From: Rikenellaceae bacterium
GTDB taxonomy: Bacteria > Bacteroidota > Bacteroidia > Bacteroidales > Rikenellaceae
DNA: 64,000 nt
Direction of reading: 5' to 3'
Assembly (NCBI GenBank): GCA_017463585.1
Contig: JAFTOX010000007.1
Coordinates: 35,533 to 99,532, forward strand
Notes under the pieces: model-generated
The model's database searches: none
The model's input: only the letters and a program-made list of their open reading frames with translations
Told to the model about the DNA's origin: nothing
Part shown: one piece after another, positions 45,608-53,938 of the stretch
How the letters are laid out: every line of letters starts with the position of its first letter
How positions within the stretch are numbered: position 1 is the first letter of the stretch
Position numbers and translations under genes: made by a program

Positions 45608-45880
45608 ATGAAAAAAGGTATTCACCCTGAAAATTATCGTTTAGTGGCGTTCAAGGATATGTCGAACGACCACGTGTTTTTGTGCAGGTCCGCCGTTTCG
45701 ACAAAGGAGACCATCGAAGTGAACGGCGAAACCTATCCCGTGTATAAGATGGAAATCTCGAACACTTCACACCCGTTCTACACCGGTAAGATGAAGTTGG
45801 TAGACACCGCTGGTCGCGTCGATAAGTTTATGAGCCGCTACGCAAAGCACTACGATAAGAGAAACGCAGCTAAGAAGTAA
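45608..45880 (+). CDS. rpmE2: 50S ribosomal protein L31 type B (zinc-independent)
   Basis: MKKGIHPENYRLVAFKDMS, EISNTSHPFYTGK, DTAGRVDKF; no Zn-binding CxxC pairs. Confidence 0.97.
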   Translation: MKKGIHPENYRLVAFKDMSNDHVFLCRSAVSTKETIEVNGETYPVYKMEISNTSHPFYTGKMKLVDTAGRVDKFMSRYAKHYDKRNAAKK

Positions 45881-45908
45881 TCTTCACCCAGCGTTTACAA
45901 GAATCCCT

Positions 45909-45972
45909 AAAAGCCCTGCAACCCTATGGTCGCGGGGCTTTTACTTTGTGGGCAGGAGGTCGCAGGGCTTTT
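45909..45972 (+). terminator. rpmE2 terminator with one 5' arm and two alternative 3' arms
   Basis: 5' arm AAAAGCCCTGCAACC (45909-45923); 3' arms GGTCGCGGGGCTTTT (45928-45942) and GGTCGCAGGGCTTTT (45958-45972). Confidence 0.7.
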
Positions 45973-46012
45973 ATTTTTTTTGCGTGGGGCAGGGTGAAGG
46001 AAAGCAGGAATA

Positions 46013-46047
46013 AAAATGGTATCCACCTGATGGGCGGATACCATTTT
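46013..46047 (-). terminator. nhaA terminator
   Basis: AAAATGGTATCC-11nt-GGATACCATTTT. Confidence 0.75.
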
Positions 46048-46069
46048 AGTTTTGGGATCGGAGTGACGA

Positions 46070-47428
46070 CTAATGGTGGTCGTCGGGTTGGGGAGCCTCG
46101 GCGGGCAGATATTTGTTGAGCAGCAGGTAGCCAATTCCCGCCGCCAGCACCGTACCGCACAGAATGCCGAGCTTCGCTTTGTCGAGCAGCGCTGCACCCT
46201 CAGCACCCAGAGGCGAATATGAGAGATCGGCGATGAACATCGACACCGTGAAACCGATACCGCAGAGCATACAAACGCTTGCAAATGAGCGCCAATCGGC
46301 ACCCGAGGGTAGCGTTGCGACCTTCAACTTGATGAAGAGCCACGAGAACGACAGCACGCCCACGAACTTACCCACAACAAGACCCACGATCACCGCCAAG
46401 CTGACACCCGAAACCACATCGGCAAGCGCAAAACCGCTCACATCGACACCCGCATTGGCGAAGGCAAAGAGCGGAATGATGATGTAGTTAATGAACTCAT
46501 TGAGGTCATCTTCGAGTTTTTGCAGCGGGCTGATCAGGTGGTCCGAGGCCGACTCGATACTCTTCAACAGCTGACGCTGGTCGCCGTTGAGCACCACCGT
46601 ATGCTTCTTGTCGGTCACCTCGATAATCGGGAACTCGCCGATATTTCGGCGGATTCGCTCGATGTAGTAACCCGTGCCGTGGCTCAGACTCGCAGGAATG
46701 CAGAAGGCAGCGATAACGCCCGCAATGGTTGCGTGGATTCCCGAGTTAAGCATTGAGTACCAAAGGATTATACCCCAAACGAGATAGAACACCTTCGAGC
46801 GGACGTGGAAGTAGTTGCCGGCGATCATCGCCACCACGCACGCTGCCGAAATTGCCAAGAAGAACGTGTCGATCGTCGAGGTGTAGAACAGCGCGATTAC
46901 CACGATGCCACCCAAGTCATCGGCTACGGCAAGCGTTGCCAAAAATATCTTCAAGCCGAGCGGCACGCGCTTACCGAACACTGCCAGCACGCCCAGCGAG
47001 AATGCGATATCGGTCGCCATCGGGATTGCGCAACCGCGCAACATATCGGCATCGGCGGGGCAGAACAGGCGGAAAAGGATCACGGGCACAAGCATACCGC
47101 CACACGCACCGATGATCGGCAGGATCGCCTTACGCCACGACGAGAGCTCGCCCGCCATAATTTCGCGTTTGATCTCCAAGCCCACCGAGAGGAAGAAGAT
47201 CGCCATCAGGAAATCGTTGATCAGCTGAGCGAAGGTGAACGGGTGACCATGGTGGCTGAAAAAGTTGAAGTCGCCAAACGACAGCGACACCTCGTGTTGC
47301 CACAGTCCGAAGTACCACTCTTTGAGGGGCGAGTTGGCGCATATCAGAGCCAGCAGAGTTGCAAAAATAAGCCAAGTACTTGTCGAAACGTAACGTTTGA
47401 CAAGACTAAGCATTGTGTAGTTTCTCAT
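46070..47428 (-). CDS. nhaA: Na+/H+ antiporter NhaA
   Basis: INDFLMAIFFLSVGLEIKRE, AIPMATDIAF, TLAVADDLG, LCGIGFTVSMFIADL. Confidence 0.96.
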   Translation of the reverse strand: MRNYTMLSLVKRYVSTSTWLIFATLLALICANSPLKEWYFGLWQHEVSLSFGDFNFFSHHGHPFTFAQLINDFLMAIFFLSVGLEIKREIMAGELSSWRKAILPIIGACGGMLVPVILFRLFCPADADMLRGCAIPMATDIAFSLGVLAVFGKRVPLGLKIFLATLAVADDLGGIVVIALFYTSTIDTFFLAISAACVVAMIAGNYFHVRSKVFYLVWGIILWYSMLNSGIHATIAGVIAAFCIPASLSHGTGYYIERIRRNIGEFPIIEVTDKKHTVVLNGDQRQLLKSIESASDHLISPLQKLEDDLNEFINYIIIPLFAFANAGVDVSGFALADVVSGVSLAVIVGLVVGKFVGVLSFSWLFIKLKVATLPSGADWRSFASVCMLCGIGFTVSMFIADLSYSPLGAEGAALLDKAKLGILCGTVLAAGIGYLLLNKYLPAEAPQPDDHH

Positions 47429-47663
47429 TTCAATAATATTTCTAACCTAATCTAATCGAATACTGACGCCCGCGTGGGCGTTTTCGCGGCGCAAATGTAC
47501 GACTTTTTTGGCGAGAATGTACTCCAAATTTCAAAAAAATCGCCCTCAGAATGCGCTCAGAGGGCATTTCCGGCCTAAAATTCGCCGAAAATAGAACCAT
47601 ATTTCGACAAAGATTATTACCTTTGTATTGATCAATTCGCCACACATAAAAAACGACATAAAG

Positions 47664-48533
47664 ATGAAACGACTGACACTGCTCTTCGCCACCCTACTGC
47701 TGACGTTGAGCGCCACGGCCGACAACGGCACAGGCACAATGACCGAGCATACACTCACGCACAAGGGCGTTGAATATACTTATAATATATATCTGCCGAA
47801 CGACCTGCCCGCCGACGCTCCGCTGGTGATCTTCTTCCACGGCTACGGCTCGACCAACATTCACAAGCGTGACCTCGGCCTCAACGCCGCAGCCGACAAG
47901 CACGGTTTTGCGGTCTGCTACCCGCAGGGACCCACCGACAATCGTGGACATTCGTGCTGGGCTGTGGGTTACTCGTTCCACACCGACGCGGGTTGGGAGC
48001 GCGACGACATCGGCTTCACCAAGCGTCTGGTGCGACACCTGCAACGTGAGTACGGACTCTCGCGTCACAACGTCTTCGCAACGGGTCATTCGAACGGCGG
48101 CGAGATGAGCTATCTGCTTGCGTACGAGGCGCCTGAGGTTTTTGCGGCGGTTGCTCCGATTTCGGGTCTCACGATGGAGTGGATGTATCGCCAGCTGACG
48201 CCCAAGTGCGCCGTTCCGCTGTTGGAGATTCACGGCACGGCCGACACGGTTTCGAAGTGGGAGGGCGATCCCGACAACAACGACGGCTGGGGCGAGTACA
48301 TCGCCGTGCCGCGCGCCGTTGCTCTGTGGGCGGCGGTGAATCGTTGCACACACGAGCTGACCGAGGAGCTGCCCACCGTGCGCAATCGTGTGATTGCACA
48401 TCGCTACGTCGAGGGAACAAACGGCAACGAGGTGTGGCTCTATGAGATTGTCGGCGGCTCGCACGCGTGGCCCGATGGCGACTTGAACACCGCCGAGGAG
48501 ATTTGGAAATTTTTCAGTAAGTATCTGAAATAG
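47664..48533 (+). CDS. Secreted alpha/beta-hydrolase, PHB-depolymerase/LpqC-like esterase
   Basis: IFFHGYG, YPQG, TGHSNGG nucleophile elbow, IHGTAD, GGSHAWP; the TACCTTTG box at 47618-47625 supports the ATG at 47664. Confidence 0.85.
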   Translation: MKRLTLLFATLLLTLSATADNGTGTMTEHTLTHKGVEYTYNIYLPNDLPADAPLVIFFHGYGSTNIHKRDLGLNAAADKHGFAVCYPQGPTDNRGHSCWAVGYSFHTDAGWERDDIGFTKRLVRHLQREYGLSRHNVFATGHSNGGEMSYLLAYEAPEVFAAVAPISGLTMEWMYRQLTPKCAVPLLEIHGTADTVSKWEGDPDNNDGWGEYIAVPRAVALWAAVNRCTHELTEELPTVRNRVIAHRYVEGTNGNEVWLYEIVGGSHAWPDGDLNTAEEIWKFFSKYLK

Positions 48534-48660
48534 AACGCACTATCGAATATAAAAATATCGCAGCCGAGGTTCGCCCTCGCTGCGATATCTGTTTTTGTAT
48601 GTGGTAGCCTGTCGCCGTTCGGTCGGTTGTCGCTCGGTCGGCTTTCGAGCTTTCGCTCGG

Positions 48661-49257
48661 CTACCCTTCGAAGTCGCTACCCATAAACCATCGAGGCAGA
48701 TTGCAACCCACATAGTTTCCCACAATCGCCCACAACCAAGCCCACAACATCACCACCTCAAACTTGCCAAGTAGCAGAGCAGCAGCATAATAGAACGCGT
48801 CGGCAACGCAGTGAGGCAGTCCGCACATAATGAACACGGGCACGCCAAACAGCAGCGGCCAATAGTGTCCACGGCGTGCGCCATAGACCGCCAGGGTCAT
48901 AATCATACCCGTGCCCACCGAGGTAACGAGCAGTGCGTCCCAGCTTGCTGACACACGTGCTGCAAGGATCGTCTGCAAGTTCGACATCACCGCCTCGTTG
49001 GCGCAGTAGCGGGCGATGCACGCCGCCAGCAGGCAACCTACGGCATTGGCTGCCAGCATAATAAGCAGTCGCGGTGTCTGCTTGTAGGGCAGGTATCCCG
49101 CCTTACCCGTATAGAGTTGTGCGCCGCACATCACCACGCACAACAATCCGAATGCGAACAACACCGCACCCGCCAATCCGCCCACACGCAGATAGACCAA
49201 GCCCGCAATGCCAATCAGCAGACCGGCGAAAACGCCCATCGAAAGAAATTTCCTCAT
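48661..49257 (-). CDS. Formate/nitrite transporter (FNT) family protein
   Basis: GAVLFAFGL, AQLYTGKAG, FIMCGLPHCVAD, IVGNYVG. Confidence 0.82.
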   Translation of the reverse strand: MRKFLSMGVFAGLLIGIAGLVYLRVGGLAGAVLFAFGLLCVVMCGAQLYTGKAGYLPYKQTPRLLIMLAANAVGCLLAACIARYCANEAVMSNLQTILAARVSASWDALLVTSVGTGMIMTLAVYGARRGHYWPLLFGVPVFIMCGLPHCVADAFYYAAALLLGKFEVVMLWAWLWAIVGNYVGCNLPRWFMGSDFEG

Positions 49258-49496
49258 ATCTCAAAGTTCAAAAAAGTGTGGTCGTGTTCGTTTATTCGGG
49301 CAACACCTCAGGGCACACCTCGGGGCACATTTCGAATCCCACCTCGGCTCGCGCCCATATGACACGACTTACAAAGATACGAAAATTTTTCCGATAGCCC
49401 CATATTCGTCCGAAAATCGACCTCAACCACCACCGTCCCCGCACGGTTCACGATTTTTTTGCTATCTTTGTGACCTACGAACTATTTATTACGATT

Positions 49497-50075
49497 ATGT
49501 TCTGGCTCGAAATTGCCGGCGTTGCCGTCGGACTGATCTACCTCTGGTTGGAGTACCGCGCCTCGGTGTGGCTCTGGCTGGCAAATATCATTATGCCTGC
49601 AATCTACATCTTCGTCTATGCCGATGCGGGTTTCTATGCCGATATGGGCATCAACGTCTACTACCTCGTGGCAAGCCTCTACGGTTGGGCGGTGTGGCTG
49701 CGCCGTGGCGACGACGGACGCGAGCTGCCAATCACTCATACTCCACGACAAATGATCGCTCCGCTGGTTGGTGTGGCAGCTGTAGCTATGGGCGTAATTG
49801 CCTTTATATTAATCAAATACACCGATAGCACCGTACCCTATGGCGATAGTTTCACTACGGCGCTGAGTATCGTTGCGCTCTATATGCTGGCGCAAAAACA
49901 GGTCGAGCAGTGGCTGGTTTGGTTGGTTGTCGATGTGGTTTGTTGCGCGCTCTATCTCTATAAGGGGCTCTACCCGACCGCCGCGCTCTACGGTCTATAC
50001 ACCGTGCTGGCGTGGGTCGGTTATCGCCGTTGGCTCAAAATGATCGACGAAAATGCAACATCACGCACTGCCTAA
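49497..50075 (+). CDS. pnuC: PnuC-family vitamin transporter (thiamine-specific PnuT likely from context)
   Basis: YGDSFTTALSIVALYMLAQKQVEQWLVWLVVD; the TATCTTTG box at 49463-49470 argues for ATG 49497. Confidence 0.9.
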   Translation: MFWLEIAGVAVGLIYLWLEYRASVWLWLANIIMPAIYIFVYADAGFYADMGINVYYLVASLYGWAVWLRRGDDGRELPITHTPRQMIAPLVGVAAVAMGVIAFILIKYTDSTVPYGDSFTTALSIVALYMLAQKQVEQWLVWLVVDVVCCALYLYKGLYPTAALYGLYTVLAWVGYRRWLKMIDENATSRTA

Positions 50076-50697
50076 ATCGACCGACCGACCCGATGTGGTG
50101 ATCTTGGCCGCAGGAGATTTTCCGCACGGTCAAGTGGCTCACGCTCTGCTGGTTGGAGCGCGCGAGGTGATCTGCTGCGACGGTGCTGCCGAGGAGTTTT
50201 GCGCAACAGGAGCCGAGCCCGTAGCCGTTGTGGGCGACTTCGATTCGCTCTCGGAGGAGCTGCGCACACGCCTTGCCGACAGACTCCACCACCGCCCCGA
50301 TCAAGACGTCAATGATCTGTGGAAAGCCCTCACATTAGCAATCGAGCGCGGGGCACGTCGAGTTACGGTTTTGGGGGCATTCGGACGACGCGAGGACCAC
50401 TCGATCGGCAACCTGATGCTCTGTGCCGCACGAATGAATGAGGTTGAGATTCAGATGGTTGGCGACCGAGGAGTATTTTCATTTATCGACAGAGATAGTA
50501 CGTTCGAGAGTTTTGCCGGAGAGCAGGTTTCGCTCTTCACGCTCTCGCCCACGACCGAGATTTCGACCATCGGACTGCGCTACGAGCCGCCCCAAAATCG
50601 CCTCAGCGCGATGTGGCAAGGGGTGTCGAACGAGTCGCTCGGTGCCGAATTTACGATCCGCACCAACGCCCCCACGATCGTCTATCGACTATTCTAA
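50053..50697 (+). CDS. thiN: Thiamine pyrophosphokinase
   Basis: CCDGAA, VVGDFDS, DQDVNDLWKA, LGAFGRREDHSIGN, GVSNE; overlaps pnuC. Confidence 0.92.
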   Translation: MQHHALPKSTDRPDVVILAAGDFPHGQVAHALLVGAREVICCDGAAEEFCATGAEPVAVVGDFDSLSEELRTRLADRLHHRPDQDVNDLWKALTLAIERGARRVTVLGAFGRREDHSIGNLMLCAARMNEVEIQMVGDRGVFSFIDRDSTFESFAGEQVSLFTLSPTTEISTIGLRYEPPQNRLSAMWQGVSNESLGAEFTIRTNAPTIVYRLF

Positions 50698-50780
50698 GCG
50701 AACAATTCCACACAAATAAAAGAGCCCGCCCCGACAAGGAGCAGGCTCTCTGTTTTTCAAGCGGTTAGCTCTCCGCCCAA

Positions 50781-52160
50781 TTACTCTTGCAGGTTCTCGT
50801 TCGAGAGCTTTACACCCTCAAATTCGCCCGTCAGCGTGCGCAGGAAGGCTACGATTGCAGCGTTCTCATCTTCGGTCAGCTCGACACCCGACTGGTAGAT
50901 CGCCATATCGGCAACCGCCTCCGAGAGCGTTGCGCGCGTTCCGTCGTGGTAGTAGGGCCACGTCAGCTCGACATTGCGCAGACCCGGTACCTTGAAGCGA
51001 TGACGATCGCGATCCTCCATCGTCTGCTTGTAGCGACCGTTATCCTCCTCAGTCAAAGGCAGACCGCGCTCAGCAAAGTAGTGACGACGCAAGCCCATCA
51101 ACTCGTACGACTCACCTCCCAGGTTGGCACCCACGTGGCACGTTGCACAATCGTACTTCTTGAAGAGTTCGTAACCGCGCAGCTCCTCCTCGGTCAGCGC
51201 TGCGTCGTCGCCCTTCAACCACTTGTCGAAGGCCGAGTTGGGCGTAACCAGCGTGCGCTCGAACTCCTCGATTGCGTTGGTGATGTTGGTCTGGTTCAGA
51301 CCATCGGGATAGACAGCCTCGAATGCCGCAGCAAAGGCGCGATCCTTTTCGAGCTTAGCCACGATCTCGTCGAACGATGTCGATGCCATCTCAACGGGGT
51401 TCAGCGGCGGACCGGCAGCCTGCTCAGCCAGCGTACCCGCACGACCGTCCCAGAACTGGACGAAGTTATAAACGGCGTTGTAGGTAGTCGGCGCATTGAC
51501 GCCACCCTTCTGACCCTCAACACCTTCCGAGTACTGCTTGTTATCGACACCTGCCGTCGACAGACCGTGGCACGAAGCGCACGAAACGGTATTATCGACC
51601 GACAAACGCGCATCGTGATAGAGCGCATAACCGAGCAACGCCTTGCGAGCGTCGATATCCGTCGGCTCGGCAATCGGGCGCACGGGCTCACCTGCGCGCT
51701 CACCCTCCACGCCATCAGCGTAGTACTCGGCGCGGTACTTGCGTGCCCACTCGACGATGATGTCGCGCTTGGCGTCGGTCATCTGGCTACCCCAATGCAC
51801 GAGGTAGTATTTCGGCTCGGGCATACGCTTGTCGAGAGCCACCTTCTCGACCTTCGCCACATCGACCGGACGAGGCAGCTGACCTGCCACAAGTGCCTCA
51901 TAGAGAGGCTCTATGTCGAATGCACGGAAGCCCGAATCGATATCCTGACGCACGATCTTGCCCGCAATCGGGAAATCGGCATAGAAAGGATACTCGGCGT
52001 CCTGCGTGTGGCAATCCAAGCAGCCACCCTTAACCAGAATTGCAGCCACACGTGCCTCGGGCGTATATTCAGCCGAGGGAGGGCGATTCGAAATGCGATA
52101 GACGGCCACGAGAACCACGGCCAGCACCAGCGCAAGAATTAGTAGTTTGCTCTTTTTCAT
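50781..52160 (-). CDS. ccp: Three-heme cytochrome c peroxidase (N-terminal heme-binding domain + CCP/MauG; YhjA-type)
   Basis: CLDCH, CASCH, CATCH; NAPTTYNA..NFVQFWDGRA; FKVPGLRNV..TWPYYHDG. Confidence 0.9.
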   Translation of the reverse strand: MKKSKLLILALVLAVVLVAVYRISNRPPSAEYTPEARVAAILVKGGCLDCHTQDAEYPFYADFPIAGKIVRQDIDSGFRAFDIEPLYEALVAGQLPRPVDVAKVEKVALDKRMPEPKYYLVHWGSQMTDAKRDIIVEWARKYRAEYYADGVEGERAGEPVRPIAEPTDIDARKALLGYALYHDARLSVDNTVSCASCHGLSTAGVDNKQYSEGVEGQKGGVNAPTTYNAVYNFVQFWDGRAGTLAEQAAGPPLNPVEMASTSFDEIVAKLEKDRAFAAAFEAVYPDGLNQTNITNAIEEFERTLVTPNSAFDKWLKGDDAALTEEELRGYELFKKYDCATCHVGANLGGESYELMGLRRHYFAERGLPLTEEDNGRYKQTMEDRDRHRFKVPGLRNVELTWPYYHDGTRATLSEAVADMAIYQSGVELTEDENAAIVAFLRTLTGEFEGVKLSNENLQE

Positions 52161-52179
52161 AGGCTCTGATTTTTATAGG

Positions 52180-52947
52180 TTAATTTTGATTATACGTATG
52201 TACACTTTGCTCGGCCGAGGGCAAGTAATTGACTCCGTACCAGCACATTTGCAGTGCCAAGAACGCTACCACAACCACCGCCACGAACCCTCGTCCGCGC
52301 CCCCGCATATGGATCGCCAGCAGATACAACGCCCACGTTGCCGCCGCCCACGCCTCCTTTGCGTCCCAACTCCAATAGGCTCCCCACGCCTGCTTTGCCC
52401 ACAGCGCACCCGTGAGCATTCCGATCGTGAAGAAGGCCACACCGCCATACATCAGGCGGTCGATGGCTTGGGTCAGGTCGCGGTCCTTGCGGAACAGCCC
52501 ATAGATCGCCATCAGCGTCGCACACCCCAACAGCGCGTACGAGAACATATAGACCGCCACGTGGGGTACGAACCACCCACTTTGCAGTGCGGGCATCAGC
52601 GTCTGGTCGTGAATCTCGGGACGAGCGATATTGATGATAATAAACACCGACGCAAGCAGCGTCGAGAATGACAAGATCCAACGATAGCGCCACCTCCAAT
52701 ATGTGAATGCACCCGCCACTAACAGGCACAACGAGTACCACAATCGCGTTTCGCCCATTGTGCGCAGAGGCGGACGGCCAAGCGTCGTCCAAAACAGTGC
52801 CACAAATGTCGCCAGCGCCAACACGCCCAACACAGCGCACGCCAACGCCACACGACGTTTGTCGCCCCACGCCGCAACAGCTGCAACCACCGAGAGCACC
52901 ATTGCCGCCACGGCAAACCACGCAAACAGATTCCACCCGACGATCAT
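52180..52947 (-). CDS. ccsA: Cytochrome c biogenesis protein CcsA (system II)
   Basis: RPPLRTMGETRLWY, PALQSGWFVPHV, WWD motif GALWAKQAWGAYWSWDAKE; start overlaps the upstream stop (ATGA). Confidence 0.92.
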   Translation of the reverse strand: MIVGWNLFAWFAVAAMVLSVVAAVAAWGDKRRVALACAVLGVLALATFVALFWTTLGRPPLRTMGETRLWYSLCLLVAGAFTYWRWRYRWILSFSTLLASVFIIINIARPEIHDQTLMPALQSGWFVPHVAVYMFSYALLGCATLMAIYGLFRKDRDLTQAIDRLMYGGVAFFTIGMLTGALWAKQAWGAYWSWDAKEAWAAATWALYLLAIHMRGRGRGFVAVVVVAFLALQMCWYGVNYLPSAEQSVHTYNQN

Positions 52948-53792
52948 CGCGCACCCTCCTTTCTCGGTCCTCGCGCGAACATCAGCACCGCGCCCGCAAT
53001 TAGCATCACAATACCCACCACCGACAGCCATCGCCACGGCTCACGCACCACCTCAACCACGCAATATCGCGCCCGATCGGGGCTCTCCGTATCATAACTG
53101 ACAAGGTATATCATCTCGCTCCACGTACGATGATGAGGGTGATTGACCCGCAGCGTCGCCGACTCGCCATCGACCGCCACCACAGCCTCGAACATCGAAG
53201 GCTGACCTTCGGCATAGTAATCTATCTTGAAATCAACGAGTTGCAATTCACAATCGAGCGTTGTCGTTCGCCCCGACATATCGTATGCCTCGCGCGTTGG
53301 CACCTCGCGTGTAACCATCGCACGCACCTGTTCGCGGTCGGGCGCGCCCCAAAATCCCGCAACCAACGCCAGCCACAGACCCGCGTGATTGACCACAAAA
53401 CGCCACCTCACACCCGTCGCATTGCGCCACCCGCGTAGCGTTACGAGCGTCAGGTGAGACAGCACAAACAGCACCGCAACCACCGTTGGCCAAGCCGTCG
53501 AGGCCGGTTCGCGTTGCAGTCCGAGCACAATGCCCACCGCCGCCATCAGCACCAGCGAGATGACCGTAGCCGCCTGCGAAAGAAGCACTTGCGCCACCTT
53601 CGAGCGATCGCGGCGACGATACAACTCGACGAGCAGCACCAGCCACAACGTCATCAAAATCACATTCAACGGGAAACGCACGATCGAGAGCGGGAAAGCC
53701 CCGACGATCGCTTGCACGATTGCGCCCACACCCAACGTGGCACTCACTGCGAGCACCAACCAGAGAGTTCGTTTTGGGGCAAGATTCGACAT
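52944..53792 (-). CDS. Cytochrome c biogenesis protein ResB/Ccs1-like (system II)
   Basis: Multiple TMs; FVVNHAGLW; RVNHP; YLVSYD; REPWRW; co-transcribed with ccsA. Confidence 0.8.
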   Translation of the reverse strand: MSNLAPKRTLWLVLAVSATLGVGAIVQAIVGAFPLSIVRFPLNVILMTLWLVLLVELYRRRDRSKVAQVLLSQAATVISLVLMAAVGIVLGLQREPASTAWPTVVAVLFVLSHLTLVTLRGWRNATGVRWRFVVNHAGLWLALVAGFWGAPDREQVRAMVTREVPTREAYDMSGRTTTLDCELQLVDFKIDYYAEGQPSMFEAVVAVDGESATLRVNHPHHRTWSEMIYLVSYDTESPDRARYCVVEVVREPWRWLSVVGIVMLIAGAVLMFARGPRKEGAR

Positions 53793-53938
53793 AACGCAAT
53801 CACTTTGGGGATAAAGTTAGCACTTTTTCGTGAAATAGTTGCACTTTTTCGCCCAAAAACCGCGCTCACAGCAAAAAAAATTTCGCCCACCGACCTCAGC
53901 CGACGGGCGAAACCACATACATATATTTATATATACTC

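Noticed and set aside
47429-47500. Na+/Li+ riboswitch upstream of nhaA
   Set aside because: Only a small ACGCCC-ACGC-GGGCGT hairpin in a short leader; it does not match the nhaA-I/II or DUF1646 motifs as recalled.
48606-48660. Degenerate CGGTCGG/CTTTCG short repeats downstream of the FNT gene
   Set aside because: Too short and irregular for a CRISPR array or operator; the resemblance to the LytTR repeat lacks the 21-bp spacing and promoter context.
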